A DNA stretch of 64,000 nucleotides. Origin: the human T2T-CHM13v2.0 reference genome, Homo sapiens. Shown piece after piece: positions 13,760-26,555 of the stretch. Below the pieces are notes generated by a model. It was given only the letters and a program-made list of their open reading frames with translations. It had not been told where the DNA came from and searched no databases. The translations under genes and the position numbers were made by a program. How positions within the stretch are numbered: position 1 is the first letter of the stretch; the number at the start of each line of letters is the position of its first letter. The DNA lies in the NCBI RefSeq assembly GCF_009914755.1, contig NC_060939.1. One strand, 5' to 3'.

Positions 13760-14582
13760 AGAGTGTCAGAGATTTGTCAAAGGGCCTGCAAGTATCCTGG
13801 CCTGAAACCTCACAGGCTGCTTCTGAATGATAAAAACTGACCTGTCACTTCTGCACCATTGGTTTCTGGTCTTCCATCACTTCCAGCCTCGAAGGGTGCT
13901 CCCAGAGCTTAGTACCTGCATAACAAACCCCTTACCCCAGCATATCTAGGATGCCAACAACTGTAAGGCACACCACAAGAGAAAATGTATGCTGCCAATA
14001 AATGCTGACGTGTTATCTATTGTAAAGAAGCATGCAGGCCCTGGCAGTGTTGAAATGTGAAAATATGCACATCCAGCAATCAAAACACCTCATGCATACT
14101 ACAATATTAACAGAGATTGTTTTAGAATTATGAAATCAGGGCCGGTGCTTTGGCTCATCTGTATTTTCTAAACTTTCTATGGTGAACGATATTACTGCCA
14201 ATATTTGAAAAATGGTAAATAAACATTATTTTAAACAAAAAAAATGAAATGAGCCAACCAGAACTACCATGAACCTAATGAAACTAAAGCTTTGTGGCCT
14301 TCCAAAGGCCCCTGGAAGAAGCCCTAGTTTGTTTATATTTGTATTTTTTGTTATTTGTCATAAAACAACCCCTCAAACTACACATGCTTCAGGCCCCATA
14401 AAGCTATGAGCTGTCTTGGATTCAACAAATATGGAGTACCTAACAAGTCCACGTGGACTGCTTTAAAAGACAGACAGAAATAGAAACATTTCAGCTTAAG
14501 TGAGGATACAAGCAAGCCCAGATAACCACACCAAGGCAACAAGACCAATAATCCCTCTCCCTTTCCTAATTATCACTCCTGC

Positions 14583-14948
14583 TGCTATGGACTGAACTGC
14601 GTCCTCCCAAAATTCGTATGTTGAGGCACTAACCCCAATGGGATGGTATTAGGAGATGGGGAGGTGATCAGGGATAGATGAAACCATGAGTGTGGAGGCC
14701 CCATGTTGGGATTAGTGACCTTATAAGAACAGGAAGAAACACCAGAGCTTTCTGTCTCCACCATGCAAGGACACAGCAAGAAGGTGGCCATCTGCAAACC
14801 AGGATATGAGCCCTCACCAGGAACTGAATCTGCAAGCACTTTGACCTGGGACTTCTCAGCCTCCAGAACTGTGAGAAATAAATGTCTACTGTTTAAGCCA
14901 CCCAGTTTATGGTATCCCATTAGAGAGCAGCCCGAGCTGACTAAAACA
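14583..14948 (+). mobile_element. MLT1A-like MaLR solo LTR
   Basis: 'tgctatggactgaactgcgtcctcccaaaattcgtatgttga' to 'gagcagcccgagctgactaaaaca'. Confidence 0.85.
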
Positions 14949-16204
14949 CCTCCATACTCCATCTCTAGTGATTATAACTGGTGATGCACAAATCCACTGG
15001 TAAACTCTCAGATATTGAAGCCACCACCACGCTCTATAGTTTGGTTCTGTTGAAGTTTTATAAGTAAATAATGAACTGCCAATGTTGTATAAATGCTATG
15101 GGGAATATTCAACCAAGGATTCTTTCTTTTCTCTGAAATCTCTCATATTCTTTAAAAAGTTAGCCTCTTTTCATCTGCAGTGAGATTTTCTCTCTAAATC
15201 CTTCTTTAAACACTCTTTTTGTGTGACGTCTTAGCCTTAAGTACTGAGCCTTAAAGAAAAGCTGTTTTCCACTCACTGCCTTGTTTTACATATGCTCTCC
15301 CTGAGCTTTCAAAATGGCAAAATAAAGCATCTTAGGGACCACAAGGGCCGCCTGCTTTGAACTACCCAGCAGTAAAGGGGCCAAGTGACAAAGCTAGTCG
15401 GTACACCCGGCCCAAAGCACCCTAAAGCCAAACACAACAGAACACTTTGTCAAATTAATTATTAGGCTGCATCAAAATATGAAGCCACTAAAAGTGGATG
15501 TACTCTATTTGAAAAGGAATTTTAAAACCCTAAGGTTCCACGGAACCTAGTTTGAAAACCATTGGTCAACATTAGCAAGAAGCAAACAAAATGAGGAATT
15601 TTTCCCTCTGCAAAACCATGTCCCCTCCACCTTCTCCGTGGAGGGAAGACACAGTGTTGATACACATACCTGCCATGATACAGGGGAGAGTGCATGACAC
15701 ACATTTAAAAAGGCGTGGGGTGAACAGGCAATTCTCATTTTAGCAAGACTGTTAGAACTTCATTCAGCCAATGATGAACATGTGCTCCACTTTGAAAACA
15801 AAAGGCAGCCTTGTCTCACCCATGACTCTCTGTCCCTATTCCACAAGGAGCATTCCCACCCAAATGCAAGCTCTCAGCTTCATGGACACGCTAAGGAGGC
15901 TCTCACCAGGAGCACCTCCGAGTCCATGTCCACATCTCTGCAGTATGGCCCCAGCCAGATCTGGAGCACATTCTTGTATTCAACACATTTATAAAGTGCC
16001 TCATCAATACCTGGCGCTGTTCTTGACCATCCGTGAACAAAAGAAACAACAATCTCACCCTTGCAGTGTCTACATTCTAGAGGGGAGAGACCTCCTAAGT
16101 AATTAAATTGGGCACAAAAGAATGATGAGTGCTCCGGGGGAAAAACAGAGCCCAGATAGGGGGAGCAGGGAGTGCTGGGGCAAGTGTTTTGCTTCTGTTT
16201 CGGT

Positions 16205-16685
16205 TTTTATGTGGTAAAAAACATGTAAGATTTACCATCTTAGCCATTTTTAAGTGTACAGTACTATAGTGTTAACTACATGTACCCTGTTTGACAACAG
16301 ATCTCTAGAACTTCTTCACCTTGCAAAACTGAAACTCTATATCCAATGAACAACTCTCCTTTCCCCCTCCCTCCAGCCCCCGGCAACCACCATTCTGCTT
16401 TCTGTCTCTAGGTGCCTCGTATGAGTGGAATCATTCAGCATTTGTCTTTCTGTGGCTGGCTTATTTCACTTAGCATAATGTCCTCAAAGTTCATCCATGT
16501 TGTAGCCTGTGTCAGAATTTCCTTCCTTTTGAAGACTGAGCAATCTTCCACTGTGTATACAGACCACATTTTATGTATCCACTCATCTACTGATGGACAC
16601 TTGGGTAGCTCCCACCTTTTGGCTATTGTAAACAAGGCTTCCATGAACATAGGTGTGCAAACATCTGTTCGATTCCCTGCTTTCA
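16205..16685 (-). mobile_element. L1MB-like 3' end fragment
   Basis: ORF 16435..16785 gives L1 ORF2 C-terminus 'CTPMFMEALFTIAKRWELPKCPS...LSEISQ'. Confidence 0.85.
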
Positions 16686-17399
16686 GTGAAGACCTAGTTT
16701 TAAACAGAGCTGTCAGTGTGGTTCCATGCCTTTCCTTTCCTCTGCAGCCCTCTGTCCACCTTCTCTGTAGGGGGGAAATTCCCACTTTAGTCTATTTCCT
16801 GGCACTATTTCATCAGTAGCTATGCAACCCACACCTGCATTTTCAGAACAACTCCCACAAACTGCAGAGGACTCAATATCACCTATTTTCTAAAGATGGA
16901 TTTCTTCAAAGCACAGGGCTGTTGGGACCAGAGTGCAATAAAAGAGTGAGGAATGGAGAATGAAAACATGAATCATGAACGTGAGCAGCTGGCTCTGTTT
17001 TCAGAGGCACTTGTCAGTTCCCCCAAAAGACAGCCCCTCATCATGTCCTTCAACACGGCAGGATAGACAGGACAATGTCACCCATGCTCCCAAGGGCCCC
17101 CCTGTCCTTACTGCCTAGGAAAGAACGGCCCCTTGATGGAATCTCTGTCTGCATGAAAACCTACCACGAACACTTTCTTCAAAGTTCTGGAAAGAAAAGT
17201 TTTGACACCTGTTAAAGGAATTTCAAGAATTCAAAATTAAGTGGGGACTTCCCAAAGTCTCAAATAATCATGACACAACCTACTCAACCATGGAACAAAT
17301 CCTGACTGCGGAGCAGGACCCCCAGCTAGACAGTGCAGAGCAGCCAGAGTGGGTCAGACCTGAGTCCTGACCCGAGGACTGCTTTCTGGAGGTAGATAT

Positions 17400-17677
17400 G
17401 AGACCCCAAATATGAACAAGATGCACTAGGGACCCAGGAACCAGGAGTGCTGATATCCAAAGGTCGGGGGGATGATGGATGTCCCAATTCGAGAAGAGAG
17501 ACAGAACGCACCCTTCCTCTGACTCTCTGTTAAGACTGGCAACAAATCGGATGATGACCACCTGCATTGGTGAGGATGATCTTCTCTACTCCGTCTACTG
17601 ATTCAAATGCTCATCTCTTCCAGAAACACCAGCTATCTGGGCATCTGTTAGCCCAGTCACATAAAGTTACCATCACA
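17400..17677 (-). mobile_element. MLT2-like (ERVL) LTR fragment
   Basis: 'ctactgattcaaatgctcatctcttccagaaacacc...gcccagtcacataaagttaccatcaca' matches the recalled reverse of the MLT2 5' end. Confidence 0.65.
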
Positions 17678-17886
17678 AACCACAAGGAATGAATTCTGCT
17701 GGCACCTGAATGAGCAAGGAAATGGATTCTCCCCAAGAGCCTGCAGAAAGGAACAAGACCTTGACTGTAATCCAGCGAGTCCTGTGTTGGAGTTCTAATC
17801 TACTGAACTAAAAGAAAATAAATGTGTTTTGCTTTAAGCTGTTAAATGTGTGGTCATTTGTAACAGCAGCAGCAGGAACTAATACA
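17678..17886 (+). mobile_element. MLT1D/E-like LTR 3' part
   Basis: 'aaccacaaggaatgaattctgc...ggaaatggattctccccaagagcc...gcagcaggaactaataca'. Confidence 0.7.
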
Positions 17887-17974
17887 GCCACTTTAATGAG
17901 CAGCCCAGGTGGCTAGTACAACTGATGGGGAATGTATCCCCTGGCCATATCCCCAGGTGTGTGCCCGAGAGTAT

Positions 17975-18172
17975 CACTGTCCAACCAAACTCTCTGCAGT
18001 GGTAGAAATGTTCTATACCTATGCCGTCAAATATGGTAGCCACTTGTGACCATTAAGCCCTTGAAATATGGCTAGTGCAACTAAGGAAATGAATTTATAA
18101 TACAGGTCATCTTAATTACCTTAAACTTGAATAGCCATGGGTGATCAGTGGCTCCTACAATGAACAGCAGAG
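17975..18172. mobile_element. MER3-like (hAT-Charlie) MITE
   Basis: 'ctgtccaacc...gaaatgttctatacct...atggtagccac...gaatagccatgg...gaacagcagag'. Confidence 0.7.
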
Positions 18173-18177
18173 CCTCA

Positions 18178-18360
18178 AGCAGAGGTTCTTAAATGTTGCT
18201 GCATATTAGGATTTCCTGGAGAGATTTTTTTTTAATGCTGATGCCCAAGCTGCCTCCCAGATCAATTAAATCAGATTGCACTTAGGGGATGGGACCCAGG
18301 CATTGGTATTTTTAAAAGTCTCCAGGGGTTCTAACATGCAGCCAAGTTTGAGATTCAGTG
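18178..18360. mobile_element. MER5-type (hAT-Charlie) MITE
   Basis: 'cagaggttcttaaatgttgctgcatattag...ccagatcaattaaatcaga...ctaacatgcagccaagtttgaga'. Confidence 0.75.
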
Positions 18361-19364
18361 ACCCAGGGAAACGGTCACACAGGGTACACACAGTCAGATA
18401 CATGGATGGTAACTGAACCCCTGCCTTGGAATGTCAACAAATGGCAAACGCTAAGGTTTCCATTCATGCAATGGAATAGAATGTCCACAGCAATTAAAAT
18501 AAATGCATGGATCTATACATACCAACAATGGTAAATACAGAAAACACAAAGTTGACTTAAGGAGCAGAAACACTAGTAACAATACAATATCATGTCTATG
18601 AACTTTGAAGTGTACACAACAATACTACCTGTTGACTATAAACACATATAGCAAAAAGCATAAAAACTTGGACAAGAAGAACACACACCAACTGCAGGCT
18701 GGGGGAAACCTGCTGGGAAATGAGAGCAAAGGAGGGGATGGGGGGGTGCAGGTACAAAGAGCTTCACTTCCATGCAGCAATTTATTTCACTTTAGAAGAT
18801 GTGAAGCAATTATGGTAAAGTGGTATTATTTGCTGTAGCTCCATGTTATGAACACAAGTGTGTTGTCATATTTTCTCTATTCTTTTCTGGGTGTATAACA
18901 TTTTTCATAATAACAAAAGAGACCAACATATGGATCTCCAGGCAGGAAGAGTTTATCCCTGGGCGGGCAGCACAGAGGAGGGTGGTTCTCTGGGGTGAGT
19001 TAGGCTATGTCATATTGAGGAATTTATTCCTAGTAGGTTTTCCTTCAAATGGAAAGCCAATTGTCTTCCAGAATTTAAGGAAATAAAACAATTATGAGCC
19101 AAAAAAAAAAAAAAAAAAAACTACTGGACAACAAAATCTGGCCAAAGGTGAGTCAGGCAAAATAAAGAAGTTAGAAATGGCCTTAGTAAAGGCAGCATGG
19201 CAGCAGCTCAGGAGGAGGAGAGGCAGGTTGGCAGGGTTCTCTGAGCACTTAAACATAAGACTATGAGGAAATACCACAGGAAGCGGGGGAGCAGCGGAGA
19301 GCAAATGCTATCAACCTCATCCCACACATGCAACAATTTGCAACAATCTAGCCACGGGAGGGAA

Positions 19365-19590
19365 ATGATAATATTAGTGTGCCAGACACTGCCCTAAGTG
19401 CTTTACATTATAAATTATAATAACTCAACTGTTAGAATAATTCTACAAGATACTGCTATTACTTCTATCTTAGACGTAACAGAGGGAAACTGAGTCACAG
19501 CAAGTTTGGTGATTAGCCTGAGGTCAAGTGGCCAAGATGGGATTTGAACCCAGCTGTCTGGGTCCCAAATGTTAACCCCTACATTATACC
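19365..19590. mobile_element. MIR SINE
   Basis: MIR core 'gagggaaactgagtcacagcaagtttggtgattagcctgaggtca...ggatttgaacccag'. Confidence 0.75.
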
Positions 19591-19924
19591 GTTCTTTGAA
19601 ATTAGGTATGCCTGCACTAATGTCCTCTGCGCTTCTACACTTGAACTTCCCGTTGTAAAAAAAAGGACTCTAACCACTTAAAAAATTCTATAGCCTTTTC
19701 TACTTGACTGTGAAGCATATTCATATTCTTTTTCTTGTTAAAGTAAATTTCAAACTTACCATTTATCCTGAAAGTAAAATGTATAATATATAACTCTTTG
19801 GACACACATCCTCCCTTTACATCCATGAACAGCGTGATGTCGAAGTCCCGCTCACCAATGTCTATGAGGGGTTATTTGTGAAAGGTGACATTTTATGTCA
19901 TTTTTCTTCTTCTGTTTTTCCCTG

Positions 19925-20470
19925 GCTTTACTGAGGTACACTTGACAAATAAAAATTCCATGTATTTAAGGTCTACAAGGTGATGTTTTTGTATTCACCT
20001 TGCAAAATAATTACCATAATCAAGCTAATTAACATGTCCATTACCTCACATAGCTCTGATGTTTTGTACATGGGGCGAGAACCGCACTGCTGGGTGCGGT
20101 GGTTCATGTTTGTAATTCTAACATTTTGGGAGGCTGAGGCAGGAGGATGGGTTGAAGCCAGGAGTTTAAGACCAGCCTGGGCAACACAGCAAGACCCTAT
20201 CTAATTAGGCATAGTGGCACATGCCTGTAGCAGGGAGACAGAGGAAATGGGTAACTTGAGCCCAGGAGTTGGAGGCTACAGCGAGCTATGATTGCTACAC
20301 TCCAGCCTGGGTGAAAGAGTGAGACCTAGTCTCAAAACAAAACAAAACAAAACAAAACAAAAAAACTACTCTCTTAGCATATTTCAAGTCCACAACACAG
20401 CATTCTCAACTATAGTAACCATGCCGTACGTTAGATCTTCAGAACTCATTCCTCCTGCATAACCGATACT
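19925..20470 (-). mobile_element. L1MA/MB 3' end fragment interrupted by an Alu
   Basis: 'ctgaggtacacttgacaaataaaaattcc...ataatcaagctaattaacatgtccattacctcacatag...aactatagtaaccatgccgtacgttagatc'. Confidence 0.7.
20088..20363 (+). mobile_element. AluJ-like SINE with (AAAAC)n tail
   Basis: Diverged Alu dimer with internal deletions. Confidence 0.85.
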
Positions 20471-21267
20471 TAGTATTTTTATTCTTTCTACTTTTCTGTA
20501 TTGCTGGAATGTTTTATAGCAGGTATTCATAAATTTTCACAACAAATGTTCAGTTAATGACATTTCTAAAAAAACAAATAAAAAAGAAAATACCAATAAA
20601 TGCACCTCCTATAGAAACACAAGGAAAAGGAGGCGTGCCATGGACATGAGGAGGGAGAACACACCTCTACATCTGTAGGACCCAGGACAGTCCTTCTGGA
20701 CCCGCAACCCAGAGGACTGCAGGCAGGCAGCACCTCCCTGAATCCAGGGTAGACAGCCGGGAAGGGCAGGAGGAAGGCCACAGGCATGGAGCCAGATGAG
20801 GTCAACAGGAATGCCATGGAGACAACAGCTATAACCACAGGGGGAAACCCACGCTGAAGGAAGTAAAAATCAGAACCTACACCCTGGAAAACCAAACTAG
20901 TGACACAGGGGAAAGCTTCAGAAATTCTCCCAGAATGTCAAAATGAAAAAGACCACCACCTGACAAAGCCTCTTATGGCAAGAACAGAGAGGAAGGTCAC
21001 AGATGACAAGGACAACAGAGATCAAGGGCGTTTCAAGAGGAACTGCTAACTCTTTTCCAAAGAAAGGTGTGCACTACTGCGACACAAAAGCAGACCCTTG
21101 CTCTATGGAAGAAAATCCCTCTCCACCAGTGAGTACTTCAGAGACTGCCTGAAATGCTCCCCAAGCTGTTCTCAGTAAAAGCACCAAGTCCTCTTACCAA
21201 GTCAGGAAAACAAGCCTGCATATTTATTTGGAGCACTACATTTCTTGGTATTCTAAAATAATATACA

Positions 21268-21272
21268 CCTCT

Positions 21273-21310
<38 letters not shown>

Positions 21311-21320
21311 TACACACACA
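21268..21320. repeat. (CT)n-(CA)n compound microsatellite
   Basis: Seen directly. Confidence 0.9.
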
Positions 21321-21392
21321 GAGTAGATAAAAAGTCCCCTTTAAGCTAAAGTTGGGAGCTCAAGTACAACTTCAGGATTATCAATAAATATA

Positions 21393-22307
21393 CAGCTGAC
21401 CTTGGAACAGCACAGGTTTGAACTGGGCGAGTCCACTTATATGTGGATTTTTTTCCATCAAAGTTACACTGAGTGTGCCTGCCTCTCCTGCTGCCCCTCC
21501 TACTTCCTCTGCCTCTTCCTCCTCTGCCACCCCGAGATAGCAAGACCAAGCCCTCCTCTTCCTTTTCTACTCAGCCCACTCAATATGAAGACTACAACAA
21601 AGATGAAGACCTTTATGATGACCCACCTCCACTTATAAATAGTAAATATATTTTCTCTTCCTTATGATTTTCCTATTAACATTTCTTTTCTCTGGCTTAC
21701 TTTATTGCAAAAATACAGTATATAATGCATGTAACCTACATAATGTGTTAATTGACCGTGTTTATTAGTAAGGCTTCCAGTCAACAGTAGGCTATTAGTA
21801 GTTAAGTTTGGGGGAAGTCAAAAGTTATACATGGATTTCTGACTGTGAGGGAGGTTGGGTCCCATCAGGGCTCTGAGCCCAGGCTAAGCCATCATATGCC
21901 CTGTGACCTGCAGTATACATCCAGATGGCCTGAAGCAACTGAAGAACCACCAAAGAAGTGAAAATAGGCAGTTCCTGCCTTAATTGATGACATTCCACCA
22001 TTGTGATTTGTTCCTGCCCCACCCCAACTAATCAATCGACCTAGTGACATTCCTCCCCTGGACAATGAGTCTCAAAATCTACCCACCCTGCACCTTGTGA
22101 CCCCCGCCCCTGCCTGTAAGAGATAACCACCTTTAACTGTAATTTTCCACTACCTACCCAAATCCTGTAAAACTGCCCCACTCAGCCCACTTGCATTCAA
22201 GTAAAATAAACAGCCTTGTTGCTCACACAAAGCCTGTTGGTGGACTCTCTTCACATGGACGCGCATGACGGGTCCCCTAACCCCTGCACTCTTTGAAGGG
22301 CCAAATG
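21393..22307 (+). mobile_element. Tigger2a (TcMar DNA transposon), interrupted near its 3' end by an LTR7-type LTR
   Basis: TA then TIR 'cagctgaccttggaacagcacaggtttgaactg'; internal 'gatgaagacctttatgatgacccacctccactt'; resumes after the LTR with 'cctaacccctgcactctttgaagggccaaatg'. Confidence 0.88.
21863..22270 (+). mobile_element. HERV-H solo LTR (LTR7 family, LTR7C-like)
   Basis: 'tcagggctctgagcccaggctaagccatcat...catccagatggcctgaagcaactgaag...aataaacagccttgttgctcacacaaagcctg...cacatggacgcgcatgac'; 5-bp TSD GGTCC at 21858-21862 and 22271-22275. Confidence 0.9.
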
Positions 22308-23137
22308 TGCATTATGTGACATGGATAAAAATTAATGTTTTTCTAAATGGCAAAGTCTACAACCTACAAATTGAAGAACAGTTCTAGCTTCATCTGAAGT
22401 GTTATTGAAGAACAAAAATAATATTCTCCATAAATATAGCAGGCAGATATACATTGTTAAAAGTCTCAACTAAAGCTGACCAATGCAAACAATTATTTAT
22501 TTAGGTGATCAAATAGCAAACTGACTGTCAGAGACCCATTCAACCTGTGATATGTGACCTATGAATTCACTTTCTACCTTCATGCTTCCAAAATTATCTA
22601 GATTACTCACTATCAATATTTTTCACCAAGAAACAATGGAATCCTGAGTCTGGTCACCTGACCCTATATTAAATTGTACCCATCAATTCTACAAAACACT
22701 GCCCACGTTTCCTATAAAAAAAAAAAATTAGAAGAATAAAAGAGTAATCCACATACAATGTAAAGCTAAAAAACTGCATTGGAATAAAAAACAAAATTGA
22801 AGTATTTTATGAAAACCTACAAGAACTAATAAGTGAGTTTAGGTTAGCAGGGCTGCAGAATACAAGAGCAATATACAAGATGCAACTGTATTTCTATACA
22901 CTAGTAGTAAGTAATCAGAAAGTTAAATTTAAAAACAATACCATTTACAATAGCATCAAAGTCTGTAAAATAAATAGGAAGAAATCTGACAAAAGATAAG
23001 TAACTCCTGTACACTGTAAACTACAAACTACTGTAGAGAAAGATTAAAGACCAAATAATTGGGAAGATATAATGTATTCATAGGGCAGAGGACTCAATAT
23101 TATTATGACATCAACTCTCCCCAAGTTGATCTGTAGA

Positions 23138-23362
23138 AGTGCTTTTCAACCACGGGTGATTTTGTCACTCCGGGAGATATTTGGTAATGTCTGGAGGCAC
23201 TGTTGGTTGTCCCTACTTGGTGGCAGAAGGTACTGTTGCCATCTAATGAGTAAAGGATGGGATGCTGCTACCCACCCCACAATGCAGAAGACAGCCCCAC
23301 AACAAAGAATTATCCAGCCCAAAATGTCAACACTCCCAGTGCCGAGGTGGAAAAATCCTGAT
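23138..23362. mobile_element. MER20 (hAT-Charlie) MITE
   Basis: 'ttttcaaccacgggtgattttgtc...gatatttggtaatgtctggaggcac...cagccccacaacaaagaattatccagcccaaaatgtcaac'. Confidence 0.85.
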
Positions 23363-23542
23363 GTACAGAGTTAGTGTAATTCCAATCAACATCCCAGCAG
23401 GCTTTGTTCTAAAACTGACAAACTAATTCTAAAATTCGCACAGAAATTCAAAGGATATAGCATAGCCGCAACAACTTTGAAGAAGAGGAACAAAGAGAAT
23501 TAACATAACCTTTCAAGAGGTTTCAAGAATTAAGTCAAAGTA

Positions 23543-23990
23543 TGTTAACAGACAATTCTCCATGAACTTCTGCATATGTGGTTTTTCTAAACAAGCAGCA
23601 CTGTAAAAATAAGGATAGAGGATTTGAATGCCTTGAAAGCTAGAAGTAGTATAACGCCCAGGAGAGATTTAGAGACATATCTGTCTTGCAACCATTTGCT
23701 ACCTTTCAGTAAAATAAAACTAGGGAACTTTCCTCCTCTCCCCAGAGAGGATTTGTTTAGATTGCAGAGTAAGAGTCTCTCCCTCTTTGTCTCTGGGGCA
23801 GAAAAAGGGCAAAGTTATTAGACACCCTATAGCAATTCAGGGGCCTCTCCTGAACAGCACTGCACGCACAGGGGAGTAAGTGGCACTGACCACACTGTCC
23901 CTTGGGGAATTGACACTAGTTGGCACTGTGAATATAAAATATTTCCTCTGATCCAGAGACATTGTTCCTCATCAGAATATATACATACAC
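23543..23990. mobile_element. Probable old ERV LTR (family not assigned)
   Basis: Non-L1 insert starting 'tgttaacagacaattctccatg' that interrupts L1 ORF2; followed by (CA)n. Confidence 0.45.
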
Positions 23991-25695
23991 TTAAACACAC
24001 ACACACACACACACATTTTTAAAACACATTAATTAAGACAGTGTGGTGTTGGCATCAAGACAGACAAGTAGACCAATACAGTATAATCTCTACTGCAGAA
24101 ATAGATCCACACATATACAGAAAAAAATCTTTGATAGAGGTGCAAAAGCAATTCTGCGAGGAAAGGATAGTCTTTTCAACAAATGGTGCTGGAAAAACTG
24201 GATATCCATCTGGGGAAAAGATGAAATAAACCTCAATCCATATCTCATACCACATAAAGGAGTTAGTTTCAAATGAATCACAGACATAAATGTAAAACAT
24301 GAAACTATAAAATCTGTAAAGGAAAGAATGGAAACAAATCTTTATAACTCTGGATTAGGCAAAGATTTATTACATATGACAACAAAATTTTAAATGTGGC
24401 ATCTTCAAAACACACTGTAAAGGGAATGAAAATACAAGACACATTCCAGGAGAAGATATTTACAAAGCATATAGCTGATACAGGTCTTGTACCTAGAACA
24501 TAAAAAGAATCCTCAAACTTTAATAAAAATGATGTCAACAAAAATGCCAGAGTTGAAGACCAATGAAAATTCTCTCTTCCATAAAATCAATGAGAAAACT
24601 GGCAGAAAGTGTCAGAATCAACTTTTTCAGAACCCTAAAAATTAAAAACAGATTGCAGCAATCTGATGAGTGCTTCCTCAAGAAAAATGTCTGAATCTCG
24701 GTAAGAACAGGTGAGCTTTGTGGCACATTAGCTTGGTGCTATTCCCTTCCCACCTACCCGTCTCGGCAGGAGCCTTGCAAACCAATAGCCCACAATCACA
24801 GTGCATGTGAGAACCCTGGCAAAACATGGCTGGAGCTCCTTCAAATTCTCATTCCCAGAGAACTGACATGAAATGACCTGTCTGATGTTTCTCTAGAAGA
24901 AACCACCTAGAAGGCTGTTTTTATTTGACCTGACTCAGACCTTGCTCAGTGTGACATGTCTTTAGCCTCGGGGCATTTGCTGAAAACAGTTGAAGGTGAT
25001 CATTAACCACAACAGCTGCTAGAGGTGGTGGTTAACAAAAAGGCAAAAAGAGGCTAACCAAAAAGCTTAAAGGAAAAAGCCATGGAATGAAACGTCTGTA
25101 GGTCCTTTGAAAAACTCCAATAAAGTGCTGAAAATTAAAAGGCCACATGCACACAGGCTGTGTACATGCCAAGCACTGTGTTCATGCTCAGGAAAGGCCT
25201 GGGAAGGCCCTAAGCTCTCATCTCCGACTGACCTTGAGGCTTTGCACAAGCAGGAAGGGAAGACGAAGGTAGGGCTGTCAACTGCCTGCCTGGCTGAGTA
25301 GTAAAGTAACATTTGCAGATGACTTCCTTAGAAAATCTTAAGGAATCCACAAAAATACTGTTAGAGGTAATAAATGAGTTCAGCAAGGTTTCAGGGTACA
25401 AAAATCAATACACAGAAATCTGAGATTCCTGTACATGTGCAATAAACAATCAAAAACTAAAGTGAAGAAAACAATTCCATTTATAACAGCATAAAAAATA
25501 CAATACTTAGGAATAAACTTAACAAAAGAGATATAACTTGTACACTAAAAACTAGAAAAGATCATTGAAATGAATTGAAGAAAGCTTAAAGAAAAGACAT
25601 CCCATGCTTCTGAGCTGGAAGACAATATTGTTTGGATGGCAATATTCTCCAAAATGTTCTACAAATTCAACACAACCCTTATAAAAATCCCAGCT

Positions 25696-25729
<34 letters not shown>

Positions 25730-26555
25730 AAAAATGGACAAGTTGATCCTGTAATTCATACGGAAATGCTTGGATCCAGAATAGCCAAAACAATCTTGGG
25801 AAATCAAAGTTGGAAGATTCACATTTCCTGATTTCAAAACTTACTACAAAGCTACTGTAATAAGCCCATACATTTATAGTCAATTGATTTTCAACAAGAG
25901 TGTCAAGTCAGTATAATGCAAAAGGAACAGTCTTTTCAACAAATGGTGCTGGGAGAACTAGATAGCCACATGTGAAAGAATAAAATTGAACCCTTGTCTC
26001 ATATCATATACAAAATTTAAGTCAAAATTGATCAAAGACCTAAATATAAGAGGTAAAACTATGAAACTCTTAGAAAAAGATATAGATGTAAATTTTCATG
26101 ATGTTGGATTAGGCAATGTTTTCTTAGCTATGATACCAGAAGAACAAGCAAACAAAAAAATAGATGGGATATCATCAAAATTACAAATTTTGTGCTTCAA
26201 TGGACACCATCAAGAAAGAAAGACAATCTACAGACTGGAAGAAAAAAATTGTAAATCATATGTCTGTACAGGTCTAGTATCCAAAATACATAAATAACTG
26301 TTACAACTCAATAATAAAAAGACAACTCAATTGGAAAATGAGCCAAGGATTTGCATAGACATTTCTCCAAAAAGAGATTTGAAGGACCAATAAGCACATG
26401 AAAAGATGCTCAACATCTCTAGTCAGGAGGGAAAAGCACATCAAAACCACAGCAAGAAAGCACATCACAATCACAAGGATGGCTGTAATAAAAAAAACTA
26501 GAAAATACATGTGTTGGTGAGGATGTGAAGTAGAACCCCCACACATTGTTGGTAA

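Noticed and set aside
19768-19862. Exon encoding 'DIGERDFDITLFMD' spliced to the 8-nt candidate
   Set aside because: The implied intron is only 53 nt, below the usual human minimum, and the donor (gtaaag) is weak.
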